Positions 35,929 through 44,179 of a DNA stretch of 64,000 nt are shown piece by piece; positions within the stretch are counted from its first letter, which is position 1, and every line of letters begins with the position of its first letter. The notes beneath the pieces were generated by a model. It saw nothing but the letters and a program-made list of their open reading frames with translations, did no database searches and was not told the origin of the DNA. Both the position numbers and the translations under genes were made by a program. The DNA comes from Kiritimatiellia bacterium. Its GTDB lineage: Bacteria; Verrucomicrobiota; Kiritimatiellia; RFP12; JAAYLN01. The stretch is from NCBI GenBank assembly GCA_017962605.1, contig JAGCUY010000038.1, forward strand, positions 350 through 64,349. The letters are read 5' to 3'.

Positions 35929-37755
35929 CTAACGATTATTGTATCTTATTTCATACATTTCCTCGCCGACGGACCGCGCGACTTCCGCAAGTTGGCCGTA
36001 TGGCCTGTCGCATACATCGACGAACCCGATCTGGTAGTTTTCACCATCGCCGCGCCCGACAAGGGGCTGGTCACGATACTGGAACCAGTGCGACCCAACG
36101 AAGAGCGGGTGCCTGAGCGCGCCTTCCACGACGCGGCGGAAGCTCCTGCCCCGTTCACACTGGTCGCCAACCGGACAGAGCCCCGGCGAGAACATCCCCC
36201 GGTGCATCGTGCCGAAGTGGAACTCGGAGTGCAGCACCGGGCGATCGAAATTGTGGGCCGCGTAGTTGCCCTCGCCGAAGACCGCGACGCTGTTGACGTA
36301 TGAGTTCACCGAAATCACGTCGCACCACTTAGCCGCAGCCTGCCAGAGGGCGGCGGAGTTGCGCAGGCTCTTGAAGCGGCAGCCGAGGTAGAGTTTTCCG
36401 GGCGCGGCATTCGTCAGCGCCTCCTTGCAGGCCTTGAAGTAGGGTTCGTAGTATGCCGAGTCGTCAGGGAAGGACAGCTCGTTGTCGATGAAGAACCCTA
36501 TGCACATCGGGTCCGTGGCGGCATGGGCCAGCGCAGACCCCTGCACGGCGAAGGCGGCCGACACTGCGGCGCGCATTTTCGCGGCGAAGGTGTCGTCAAT
36601 GGTGTCGTAGAAGCCACTTGAGAGGTATGGCAGACCGGAGGGCTTGGAAACGGCGACGATTGCGTATGGCTTGCGCGAGAGTTTCGTGAGATCCCCGTCC
36701 GTCCAGTTGCCGAGGGTGTTTATTCCCCAGGAGTCGAGACGTTGGATGACGAAATCGTAGTAGTCATCCTTGAAGTCTGTCTTGCCGAACTTCTCGCGGA
36801 GGTTCCATGTCGGGAACGACATCGACGACTGCGCAGCGCTCACATACCAATTGGGATGGAGACGGCCGTCTGGCGCGTCGCTGTCGATCTTGACCACGTT
36901 GATGCCAAGCGAATAGAAAAGGTGGCCGGAGGGCGTGACGAACCACCACTTGCCATTCACCTTTTCCGTCCGGAAATGTCCCGTCGCCTCAAGCTGCGGC
37001 CCGTCCTGCCAGCCACCGTATTCGTCCCACGAATCGGGCGCGGCCCTAAGGCTGGCGCGCTCTGCGGCGAGGTCGGCGCGGAGTTCGTCGTATGACGAGA
37101 CCTTGCTTTTCCACTTGCCGTGAGCGAACTGCCCGAACTTATCGACGAAGGGCAGATAGGCGCCCGGCGCCACGCCGCGCGCCCAGTCCGGGGTTCCCGT
37201 CAGCCGCATGTTGGAGATGCGGCAGTTGATGAGGCCGGAGAACTGCCCTTCGTAGGGCCATACCACGAGAAACGCGATGTTCGTGATTGCGGAGGTGTCC
37301 AGCGTCCTGACGCCTTTGGCACCGCTTGGGAACGAATAGATGGCCCGATGCGGGAGCTGGAGTTTCAGCGTTGCCTTTTCTCCAGGATCGAGCGCGATGC
37401 CGGCGTAGGCGTCGCCGGAAGCGTCCTTGATTTGGAGGCATATCCGCTGCTGGTGGTCTGCCAGGCTCTCAATGTCGGCCGCGAGATAGCGTCCGGAAGA
37501 GAGATCGAAGGACGCCTTCCCCGGCGGCGGCAGGAGACGGAGGCCGGACGAATATTCGGCGCTTGAACTGCTCAGGACAACCGCCCCACCGGACTCATAC
37601 GCGAGCCGTCCGCTGTTCACGGCCTCCACCCTGCCGCGAGCAAGCGAGAGTTCATCTCCGCCCCCATCGCCAGCGGCTGCGGGGCTTGTAGCCGGCATCG
37701 CAACCAGCGCCGCCGCTATGATTGCGGCGGCGCGTTGTCTTGACGATTTAGCCAT
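35929..37755 (-). CDS. Glycosidase-like TIM-barrel protein, paralogue 3 (signal peptide + CBM-like N-domain)
   Basis: The start is ATG 37755 (MAKSSRQRAAAIIAAALVAMPATSPAAA). It has LPFVDKFGQFAHGKWKSKV...GGWQDGPQLEATGHFRTEKVNGKWWFVTPSGHLFYSLGI and the C-terminal block HWFQYRDQPLVGRGDGENYQIGFVDVCDRPY. Confidence 0.78.
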   Translation of the reverse strand: MAKSSRQRAAAIIAAALVAMPATSPAAAGDGGGDELSLARGRVEAVNSGRLAYESGGAVVLSSSSAEYSSGLRLLPPPGKASFDLSSGRYLAADIESLADHQQRICLQIKDASGDAYAGIALDPGEKATLKLQLPHRAIYSFPSGAKGVRTLDTSAITNIAFLVVWPYEGQFSGLINCRISNMRLTGTPDWARGVAPGAYLPFVDKFGQFAHGKWKSKVSSYDELRADLAAERASLRAAPDSWDEYGGWQDGPQLEATGHFRTEKVNGKWWFVTPSGHLFYSLGINVVKIDSDAPDGRLHPNWYVSAAQSSMSFPTWNLREKFGKTDFKDDYYDFVIQRLDSWGINTLGNWTDGDLTKLSRKPYAIVAVSKPSGLPYLSSGFYDTIDDTFAAKMRAAVSAAFAVQGSALAHAATDPMCIGFFIDNELSFPDDSAYYEPYFKACKEALTNAAPGKLYLGCRFKSLRNSAALWQAAAKWCDVISVNSYVNSVAVFGEGNYAAHNFDRPVLHSEFHFGTMHRGMFSPGLCPVGDQCERGRSFRRVVEGALRHPLFVGSHWFQYRDQPLVGRGDGENYQIGFVDVCDRPYGQLAEVARSVGEEMYEIRYNNR

Positions 37756-37760
37756 CGTCT

Positions 37761-40490
37761 TTAGAGCATGATGATCATTGTGTGCGGCTTTGACTGGCAC
37801 TCGTAGCAGCCAATGTCAATGGCCTTGCCAAACACACGCGGCTTGCCCGCAAGATCGACAGACGGAATGACAGAAGGATCAACGCCCTTGTCATAAAGCG
37901 CCCCGCCAGTTTTCGGACGGAAATCGCCATTCACGAAGTTGTTGAAAATATTATTCACGGATGCGACTGTGCAATACTGGTTGAACGCCACGTCGTCCAT
38001 GACGCAATTGACGACGTTCATATGAGACTCAAAGTTCACCGAGGTGTATTTTCCTGCTACGGTCTCGTAGTTCCCGGCGAAGACCGTGTTGCGGATCGTA
38101 GTAGTCCAGGAGTTGCAGAATGAGCCGGCAGACGATGATGTGATTTCGCCGTCAACGGTGTTCGCCACGACTGTGCAGTTTTCGACCACGGCCTGCTCAT
38201 TACCACCGCCGAAGCGGATGCCGGCCGCTCCGCGCTTGTCGCTCGCCGATGGCACGTAGGTGTTGTAGGCGACAAGCGTGTTGTACATCTTGCCCTTCGA
38301 CCCGTAGGGGAAGAACACCGCGCCGCCAGCATAGGCGTCCGAGGAAGACGTGCCGGTCACAAGGTTGTTCGAGACGACGCAGTGGGTGAGAATGCTTGTC
38401 CCGGCAGATCCGGCGATTTCCACACCGGCGCCAGCGGCGTTGCCGCCATCCGCAACGGCGAGGCCGCCGCGTATGACGCAGTTGGAGACAACGCCGGCCG
38501 CAATGCGCAGGTTGCCGCCATACTGGTTCCTCACGCAGCCGTTTGCGATTGTCAGGTTCTCAACGCGGGCGTCGGCGTTGTTCACCTCCATCGTGCGGTG
38601 GTAGTAGGTGTCGGGCGTGGCGACTGTGTTGCTGACAACAACCGCGTCGGGCGTGGCGCCAAGGCCGCGGATGGTGATGGCCTTGTTGAAGGAAATCTGG
38701 TCACTTGTCGAGTGGACGCCCTCGCCGAGAAGCAGCGTGTATCCATCAAGTGAGGCCTGGACGGCCGTCTTGAGGTTGCCGTAGCCCTTTTCCGGTGTGT
38801 CGTAGGGGAAGATGCCGCTTGCAACGTTTCCGGGTGTCACATACACTGTGGACGAAGCCACGCGCGCGTAGCCATCGTATGTCATTTCCGCGTATTCATC
38901 CTCGCACTCGTTCGTCGCGGCAATCTTTACGGTGTAAATGCCGGGCGCCGAGTAGGCGTGTGATATCGTCAGGGCTGAAGTTGATTCCTCGGCAGAGCCG
39001 TCGCCGAAATCGTAGGTGAAGACAATGTTCTCGGGCGAGGCCGAATTGTCGGTCGAGTGCGTGAATGTGACCGTTGCCGGAGCGAAGGTCTGGCTGTAGG
39101 TGGCGCCGTCGATGTGGACGATCATGTCCGGCTTCTGGAACTCATAGCAGCCAATGTCGATGGTGCCGCTCGTGCGCAGCTTGCCGTCGAGGTCCGTCGT
39201 TGAAGCGGACGCGCCGCGCGGGTCGGCGACGCCTGCGTCAAGTAGCGCGGAGCCGGACGCCGGACGGTAGTCGCCGTTCTCGTAGTCGGTGAAGTCTTCT
39301 TCTGTAATGGTTATCACGCCGAAATCACCGTCCGTCACGATGCGGGCGGAGTTAGATGAGGCACAGCCATAAAACTCAGCTGATGCGTTGTTCGGCAGGT
39401 TGCCGCTCCATTCGCTTTCGTTCCCGAAGATGACCACGTTGAAGAAGTGCTGGTTGTTGTTCCAGGCCCAGCAACCGTAGTTCTCGTTGCTCACAATGGT
39501 GGAGCTGTAGAGGTAGGCCGTGCCGGTCATCAGGACGCCGCCGCAATGGCTCCCCACGACAAGGCAGTCCTCGGCGATGGCCGTCGAGGAACCAAGCGCG
39601 AGGCTGCCGCCGTTGTTGTCATGCGTGTCCGATCCTCCGACGAGCCGGCAGCGCGACATCTTCGCCGTCGAGTCCATATAGACGTTCGCGCCCTTCTTGT
39701 CGTTGGCCTGGACGGTGCCGTTGGAAATAACGCAATCGACCATCTGCCCGCCGCCGTTCATGCGGACGTTGCCACCGTCGTTGAGCGCCGTGCCACCATA
39801 GATGACGCAATTGGAGACGATGCCGCCATACTGGTAGATGTTGCCGCCGATGTTGTCGTCACAGATGCCGCCATAAATGGTGCAGTTGCGAACCGTGCCG
39901 TTATCAAGATAGACATTGCCGCCACGCTTGTGGGTGGAGCCACCGTAGATTTCACAGTCATCAACGACCGCAGCGGAATTGTTCACGTAGAGGTTGCCGC
40001 CTGCGGTATTGCCGTTAGCCTTGGCCGTGCCGTCGCGGACGACGCAGTTCGTGAGGGTGCCACCAGACATCTCAATGGCGCCGCCCTTGTCGGCCTGCCA
40101 GGTGCCTTCACCAACGATGGTGACATTTTCAAGCCACGAACCAGCGGCCATGCGGAGGGTGCGGTATTCGCCGTGAGATTCAAGGACGACATCCGCGCGC
40201 GTTGCGCCTTCCCCAATGAGCTTGGCCTTGAGGTTCGGCCCCCACTTCGCATTGTCCGTCTGGGCGACATAGTCGGGATAGCCGGTTTGGTATGTTCCCG
40301 CCGCGACATGGATGACATCACTGCTGTTTGTAGCAGTGATAATCGCCTTGTCTACCGTCGCGAAGGGAGCTTCGGCGGAGGTGCCGGCGTTGTTGTCGTC
40401 ACCAGTGGTGGCGACATAGTAATCTGCCGCGAATGCGGCGGTGGACGCGGCCACGGCGAACGCCGCCAGTGGCAGGATGCATTGCTTCAT
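37761..40490 (-). CDS. Secreted right-handed parallel beta-helix protein with PKD-like insert
   Basis: The signal peptide is MKQCILPLAAFAVAASTAAFA. ADYYVATTGDDNNAGTSAEAPFATVDKAI is a DUF1565-like helix start. There are many GGN(V/I/L)Y-type rungs, a PKD-like unit (...TYDFGDGS...YSAPGIYTVKIAATN) and two IDIGCYE cap motifs. The protein ends ...SKPHTMIIML. Confidence 0.85.
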   Translation of the reverse strand: MKQCILPLAAFAVAASTAAFAADYYVATTGDDNNAGTSAEAPFATVDKAIITATNSSDVIHVAAGTYQTGYPDYVAQTDNAKWGPNLKAKLIGEGATRADVVLESHGEYRTLRMAAGSWLENVTIVGEGTWQADKGGAIEMSGGTLTNCVVRDGTAKANGNTAGGNLYVNNSAAVVDDCEIYGGSTHKRGGNVYLDNGTVRNCTIYGGICDDNIGGNIYQYGGIVSNCVIYGGTALNDGGNVRMNGGGQMVDCVISNGTVQANDKKGANVYMDSTAKMSRCRLVGGSDTHDNNGGSLALGSSTAIAEDCLVVGSHCGGVLMTGTAYLYSSTIVSNENYGCWAWNNNQHFFNVVIFGNESEWSGNLPNNASAEFYGCASSNSARIVTDGDFGVITITEEDFTDYENGDYRPASGSALLDAGVADPRGASASTTDLDGKLRTSGTIDIGCYEFQKPDMIVHIDGATYSQTFAPATVTFTHSTDNSASPENIVFTYDFGDGSAEESTSALTISHAYSAPGIYTVKIAATNECEDEYAEMTYDGYARVASSTVYVTPGNVASGIFPYDTPEKGYGNLKTAVQASLDGYTLLLGEGVHSTSDQISFNKAITIRGLGATPDAVVVSNTVATPDTYYHRTMEVNNADARVENLTIANGCVRNQYGGNLRIAAGVVSNCVIRGGLAVADGGNAAGAGVEIAGSAGTSILTHCVVSNNLVTGTSSSDAYAGGAVFFPYGSKGKMYNTLVAYNTYVPSASDKRGAAGIRFGGGNEQAVVENCTVVANTVDGEITSSSAGSFCNSWTTTIRNTVFAGNYETVAGKYTSVNFESHMNVVNCVMDDVAFNQYCTVASVNNIFNNFVNGDFRPKTGGALYDKGVDPSVIPSVDLAGKPRVFGKAIDIGCYECQSKPHTMIIML

Positions 40491-40570
40491 TTGTTTTTGA
40501 ACCTTTCTCAGTTCGTTTGGTTAATAATTTGGCAGGAGGCCGCGACTACGCCACAGCACTGCACGAGTAA

Positions 40571-40599
40571 ATAATACCAAACCACCAGCCCGCCGTCAA
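40571..40599 (-). promoter_or_regulatory. Sigma-70 promoter of the beta-helix gene
   Basis: -35 TTGACG (40594-40599), a 17-nt spacer and -10 TATTAT (40571-40576) preceded by TGG. The leader is about 70 nt. Confidence 0.5.
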
Positions 40600-40684
40600 G
40601 TAATTTTTTTCGCCCAAGTTTGGTTGAAAAGTGCAATATCAAATGGAACGAAATTCAAAGGGTCAAAGAATGGGCAAGGAAAAC

Positions 40685-41803
40685 TCACGAAGAAGGTCGG
40701 GAGAGGCACTGCGGGTGGCGCCAGGCAAGAGTGCCCGCCCAGATGGCGAAGGATACGATTAGCGTCTTCTGCGATGTCGGGACATACGGGCTGAATGGAA
40801 TGGACTTGAGATTGATGCAGAGGGCGAAGACGGTGACCACCACGGCAAACCAAACCAGCCAGACGATGTCAGCCAACTTGCCTCGCCGGAGACAGGCTAT
40901 GAGAACGGCAATCCCGCCGCCGACTGACATGAAGCAGCCAATGTTGTGGATGTCCATGTTGACGTTCTCCGGCACGAAGGCGATGGCGCACAGCCCCGCA
41001 ACATTGACCGCCCCGCCCCAGCCAATGGCGAAGCGCCGCCAGCCGCGCTCTTCGCGGACAAGCCGCGCCCACACCGTCCCAACCGAAATGCCTGAGAGGA
41101 GCATTCCGGCAATGAACCACCAGTGGCAAGCGGGGTATGGCACATTGCGGACCTCCGTGCGGCCAAGGGCGCTCAGCATTTGAAGGAACGGGTTGTAGCC
41201 GCCGCCCGGATAGAGGAATCCGGCAATGGTGAAGCAGGCGAAGGCCGCCGCGCCGAGGATTAGCACCAGGGGCCTTGCGTCGATGCGCCCGCTTGGGAAG
41301 CGCCATTCGCCATGCCAGAGCAACGACGCCAGGAGAAGGAACTCTGACGCGAGATAGGTGGGGCGAATGAGCGAGTCGCAAGCCGCCGCGCCAAGGAAGC
41401 CGCCGCCAATCATCATGTCCGAGAAAAACAGGAGTCCGATGCCGGCGAAGTAGATGACGCGACGCGACGCCAGCGCCGTGGCGAAGGAAAGCGCAGTCAG
41501 GGTCGAGTAGATGCCGACGGCCCACTGCCCGGCTGGCTTAAGGACAGGAGCTCCAAGCCTACCGTAAACGAAAAGGACGAGCGGGAGGGCCACGGCGAGA
41601 AAGACGCGACCATCGGGGCGCGCCTCGCGCAGCTGCCCGACAGTCCAAAGGCCATGGGCCAAGCCGAATCCCGCGACGCCAATCAGGAACTCTGAGGAGT
41701 CCCTTGGCGCAGCGCGTATGGCCAGGAAGTAATCCCCTATGAGAACTGCGGAGCAGAACCCCGCCAGCATCCAGCACCGCCGCCATGAGAACCAGTTGCC
41801 CAT
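40685..41803 (-). CDS. Polytopic membrane protein: YhhN (lysoplasmalogenase-like) N-half + DUF998/Frag1-like C-half
   Basis: 372 aa with about 10 hydrophobic segments. AVLIGDYFLAI and GLLFFSDMMIGG fit the two YhhN signature motifs. The C-half opens with QMLSALGRTE, as in DUF998-type proteins (from memory, moderate certainty). Confidence 0.6.
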   Translation of the reverse strand: MGNWFSWRRCWMLAGFCSAVLIGDYFLAIRAAPRDSSEFLIGVAGFGLAHGLWTVGQLREARPDGRVFLAVALPLVLFVYGRLGAPVLKPAGQWAVGIYSTLTALSFATALASRRVIYFAGIGLLFFSDMMIGGGFLGAAACDSLIRPTYLASEFLLLASLLWHGEWRFPSGRIDARPLVLILGAAAFACFTIAGFLYPGGGYNPFLQMLSALGRTEVRNVPYPACHWWFIAGMLLSGISVGTVWARLVREERGWRRFAIGWGGAVNVAGLCAIAFVPENVNMDIHNIGCFMSVGGGIAVLIACLRRGKLADIVWLVWFAVVVTVFALCINLKSIPFSPYVPTSQKTLIVSFAIWAGTLAWRHPQCLSRPSS

Positions 41804-41831
41804 TTCCTTGTGTTTCCTTTATAAAGTGTGG

Positions 41832-43268
41832 CTACAACCCAAGCAACTGGCTAAAGGGAACGATTGCGTCAAAGAAACCTTCGGTCTCCACGATTGGCGC
41901 GAGCGCTCCGTCATACACTAGCACGGGACGCGCGGATTTTCCGCGAGGCATTGAAAGTTTCGAGATTTTCCCCTCTACCTCGTCAATGACTTCCCGACCG
42001 ATTTCCCGCTTGCGCTTGATTTCAACCACGTAGTTGCTGTGCTTGGTTTGCAAAAGGAGATCAATTTGGAGCCCACCTTCCCCGTCGCTCTTTCTCCGGC
42101 GCGAATAAGGTGCTGCAGACTCTATCAGTGAATTGCCTATGTGAAGCGGGTCTATAAGGGCTGCGAAGTGGTTGAGTACAAGGTTTTCAAACTGCAGCCC
42201 CATGATGGCATCCCATCCGTCCAGCGCCTCCAATGCCACGAACCTGAAGGCTCCAGAGTCAATGATTTCCTTTCTGGGTTCTATGTGCCGCAAATAGAAT
42301 CGCGAGTAGTTGTCCTTCAGTCGATACCGTGCCTCCCGCACCACATGCCCCGTCTCCGGATTCTTTCCGGCGTCGGATGCGACAAGCCCTGCCTCCTCCA
42401 ACTGTTCCATGGCCTCGCTAATCTTCCCGCCCTTGCCAGCCTTGATGGCCGCCGCAGTCTCTGAAACAGAAAGCGCACGCCCGGCGAGCGCCCGGACAAT
42501 CTTTCCAGAGAGGGTCGGCAGTTTGGTTATGACATCCGAGAACATCTCGTCGAAGTCAATGCGGAGAATCGAATTTGGACGGAACGCAAGCCGCGCAATA
42601 TTTTCCGATGCGGAAGCGCCGGGGTCAATTTCCTTCAGGTATCTGGGAACGCCGCCGGTAACGGACAGCACATCGACGATCTCCCGCGTCTCCACCCTTG
42701 CCGCAGCGCGCCCCCAGAATTTCACGCATTCCTTCAATGGCAGTTCCTTCACGACAATGTCCAGCGAGCGGCGTCCGAAGAATGCGCCGTTCTCGACGAA
42801 ATGCTCCTTGATCCAGCCTGAAACGCTTCCGCAAACAACAACAATCAGGCGATCGTGCCTTGACCAGTAGTCATCCCATGCGATTTTCAAAAGGTCGGCA
42901 AACGTTTCGTCGTAATGTCCAAGCCAGGACACTTCATCAAGCAGGACAACCGTCCGCTCACCATCATTGATTTCACGGTCCAGTCGAATGAAGGCTTTGA
43001 GCCAATTGTCAGGGATGCTGTCCTCCGCCCGTGTCTGTGCGGCAAGTTCCCTTGCGAAAGTCTTCAATTCCGTCGCATCGGAATACCCAGGTTTTGGGCG
43101 GACGCCTTCAATTCGAATGAAACGCGCCTTTGACTTTTTCGCAAACATTTCTATGAGGGTGGATTTGCCTATGCGACGGCGGCCGCGGCAAGTCACAAGC
43201 GACCCGCCTCGCTTGCCCCAAAGGGCCATCAAATCACCAATTTCCCCTTCGCGTCCAAAGAAATCCAT
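41832..43268 (-). CDS. AAA ATPase - wHTH - PD-(D/E)xK nuclease-like protein (archaeal-ATPase/DUF234 type), copy 1
   Basis: Walker A is CRGRRRIGKSTLI and Walker B is VVLLDEVSWL. The wHTH-like segment is LSVSETAAAIKAGKGGKISEAMEQLEEAGLVAS. The C-terminal GGLQIDLLLQTKHSNYVVEIKRK is a D..(E)xK nuclease-fold signature. The gene is visibly lower in GC than its neighbours. Confidence 0.8.
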   Translation of the reverse strand: MDFFGREGEIGDLMALWGKRGGSLVTCRGRRRIGKSTLIEMFAKKSKARFIRIEGVRPKPGYSDATELKTFARELAAQTRAEDSIPDNWLKAFIRLDREINDGERTVVLLDEVSWLGHYDETFADLLKIAWDDYWSRHDRLIVVVCGSVSGWIKEHFVENGAFFGRRSLDIVVKELPLKECVKFWGRAAARVETREIVDVLSVTGGVPRYLKEIDPGASASENIARLAFRPNSILRIDFDEMFSDVITKLPTLSGKIVRALAGRALSVSETAAAIKAGKGGKISEAMEQLEEAGLVASDAGKNPETGHVVREARYRLKDNYSRFYLRHIEPRKEIIDSGAFRFVALEALDGWDAIMGLQFENLVLNHFAALIDPLHIGNSLIESAAPYSRRRKSDGEGGLQIDLLLQTKHSNYVVEIKRKREIGREVIDEVEGKISKLSMPRGKSARPVLVYDGALAPIVETEGFFDAIVPFSQLLGL

Positions 43269-43297
43269 GGCAAAAACTCCTATACTATTTGCGAATA

Positions 43298-43326
43298 ATT
43301 ATATCATGAAAAGGGTGATTTGGCGA
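43298..43326 (-). promoter_or_regulatory. Candidate promoter of ATPase copy 1
   Basis: -10 TATAAT (plus 43298-43303), a 17-nt spacer and -35 TCGCCA (43321-43326). The RBS TAGGAG lies before ATG 43268. Confidence 0.4.
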
Positions 43327-43329
43327 CCA

Positions 43330-43427
43330 TTTTTTGGTTCACCTATTCGCAAAAAAGCCGATTAGGTGAACCAAAATCACCTCGTTTTTTGGTTCACCTA
43401 TTCGCGAAAAAACCGATTAGGTGAACC
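43330..43427. repeat. Two 43-nt hairpin-forming direct repeats (55-nt period) just upstream of the ATPase-1 promoter
   Basis: Unit 1 (43330-43372) is TTTTTTGGTTCACCTATTCGCAAAAAAGCCGATTAGGTGAACC. Unit 2 (43385-43427) is TTTTTTGGTTCACCTATTCGCGAAAAAACCGATTAGGTGAACC. Each has arms GGTTCACCTATTCGC / G(C)CGATTAGGTGAACC around an A6 loop. Confidence 0.9.
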
Positions 43428-43816
43428 TGGAGAGACAACGAACCCTTGCATTTGGTGTAAGAAAGCGATTGTTGGAAACATGTTTTTGGTGTATATCCGC
43501 CTAGCGTGGACTACTTCGGTTCTTCCAAGTTTTTTGTGGAACGTGAATCTACATTGTTCACAAATATCAATGCCATTGTTTCAGCCGCAAAGGACGCAGA
43601 GTCCACAAAGGCATTTCGCCCTCGACTGCGGAAGCATTCCCAGTAGGCGCTACCGCGCCGAACATTGGAAACTGCCGGGGATGCGCGGAACGCATTTCGC
43701 GGCGAAACTGTCGCCACGCTGAAGCGAGCTTCGCGCGTCGCCAGCCCTGCCGCACGGCCTGTGGCCGCCCCCGGCAGATTGGGAAGGCCGCCTTGCGGCA
43801 TGGGAAAGCCAGGAAA

Positions 43817-43872
43817 GTCAAAGGTCGAAGGGCGAAGGTCGAAGGGCGAAGGGCGAAGGGCAAAGGTCGGGA
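43817..43872. repeat. GNCGAAG heptad array, 8 units
   Basis: GTCAAAG GTCGAAG GGCGAAG GTCGAAG GGCGAAG GGCGAAG GGCAAAG GTCGGGA. Confidence 0.9.
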
Positions 43873-43958
43873 GGGACGCGCTTTGTCGCGTCCGGTGAGA
43901 TTTGGGAGGGACGCGCTTTGTCGCGTCCGCAGTGGCCCGGACGAAGCCGGGCCCTCCC
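43869..43958. repeat. REP-like pair of 26-nt hairpin repeats plus a third hairpin
   Basis: GGGAGGGACGCGCTTTGTCGCGTCCG occurs at 43869-43894 and 43904-43929 (stem GGACGCG/CGCGTCC). It is followed by GGCCCGG-ACGAAG-CCGGGCC, and by CCCTCCC complementary to the second GGGAGGG. Confidence 0.8.
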
Positions 43959-44010
43959 TTCCAAGACAGGAAATAGCAAACGATCAAAACGGTCAAAGTA
44001 ACAATGCATT

Positions 44011-44100
44011 TTAAATTGTCTGTCCCTTTATGCGGTCACATGCGAGCCAGCTGGCCCAGGCAGCGAAGGAGACGATGAGGACTTTTTGAGCGCGAGAATC
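44011..44100 (-). pseudogene. Possible 3' remnant of a paralogue of the YhhN/DUF998-like membrane protein
   Basis: The minus-frame translation ...TSISTTLFDSRAQKVLIVSFAAWASWLACD.. aligns without gaps to the C-terminus ...KSIPFSPYVPTSQKTLIVSFAIWAGTLAWRH of 40685-41803. I counted about two-thirds nucleotide identity over 51 nt, with many third-position differences. No upstream part remains. Confidence 0.3.
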
Positions 44101-44179
44101 GAACAATGTTGTGGAAATGGACGTCCACGTTTTCCGAGCCGTGCGTGATGCCGCATAACTCTGCCGCGTGGATCGCGCT

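Noticed and set aside
40685-41803. The polytopic membrane protein upstream of a tail-bearing beta-helix gene, considered as a sortase-like processing enzyme (exosortase or rhombosortase analogue) for the C-terminal tails.
   Set aside because: Its motifs (..GDY.., ..FFSD..) match the YhhN lysoplasmalogenase-type family instead. I see no Cys/Arg/His arrangement like that of exosortases, and only one of the four tail-bearing genes is adjacent to it.
43330-43427. The tandem repeats upstream of both ATPase genes (also 49948-50080) considered as small CRISPR arrays.
   Set aside because: There are only about two units each. The units are contiguous or separated by a short non-unique linker rather than by spacers. 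No cas genes are present, and the repeats overlap or lie immediately upstream of predicted promoters.
43366-43996. Track ORFs 43366-43722 (+) and 43511-43996 (-) in the gene-less spacer.
   Set aside because: They start inside or read through the hairpin and heptad repeats, have no RBS, and have low-complexity or implausible composition with no family resemblance.
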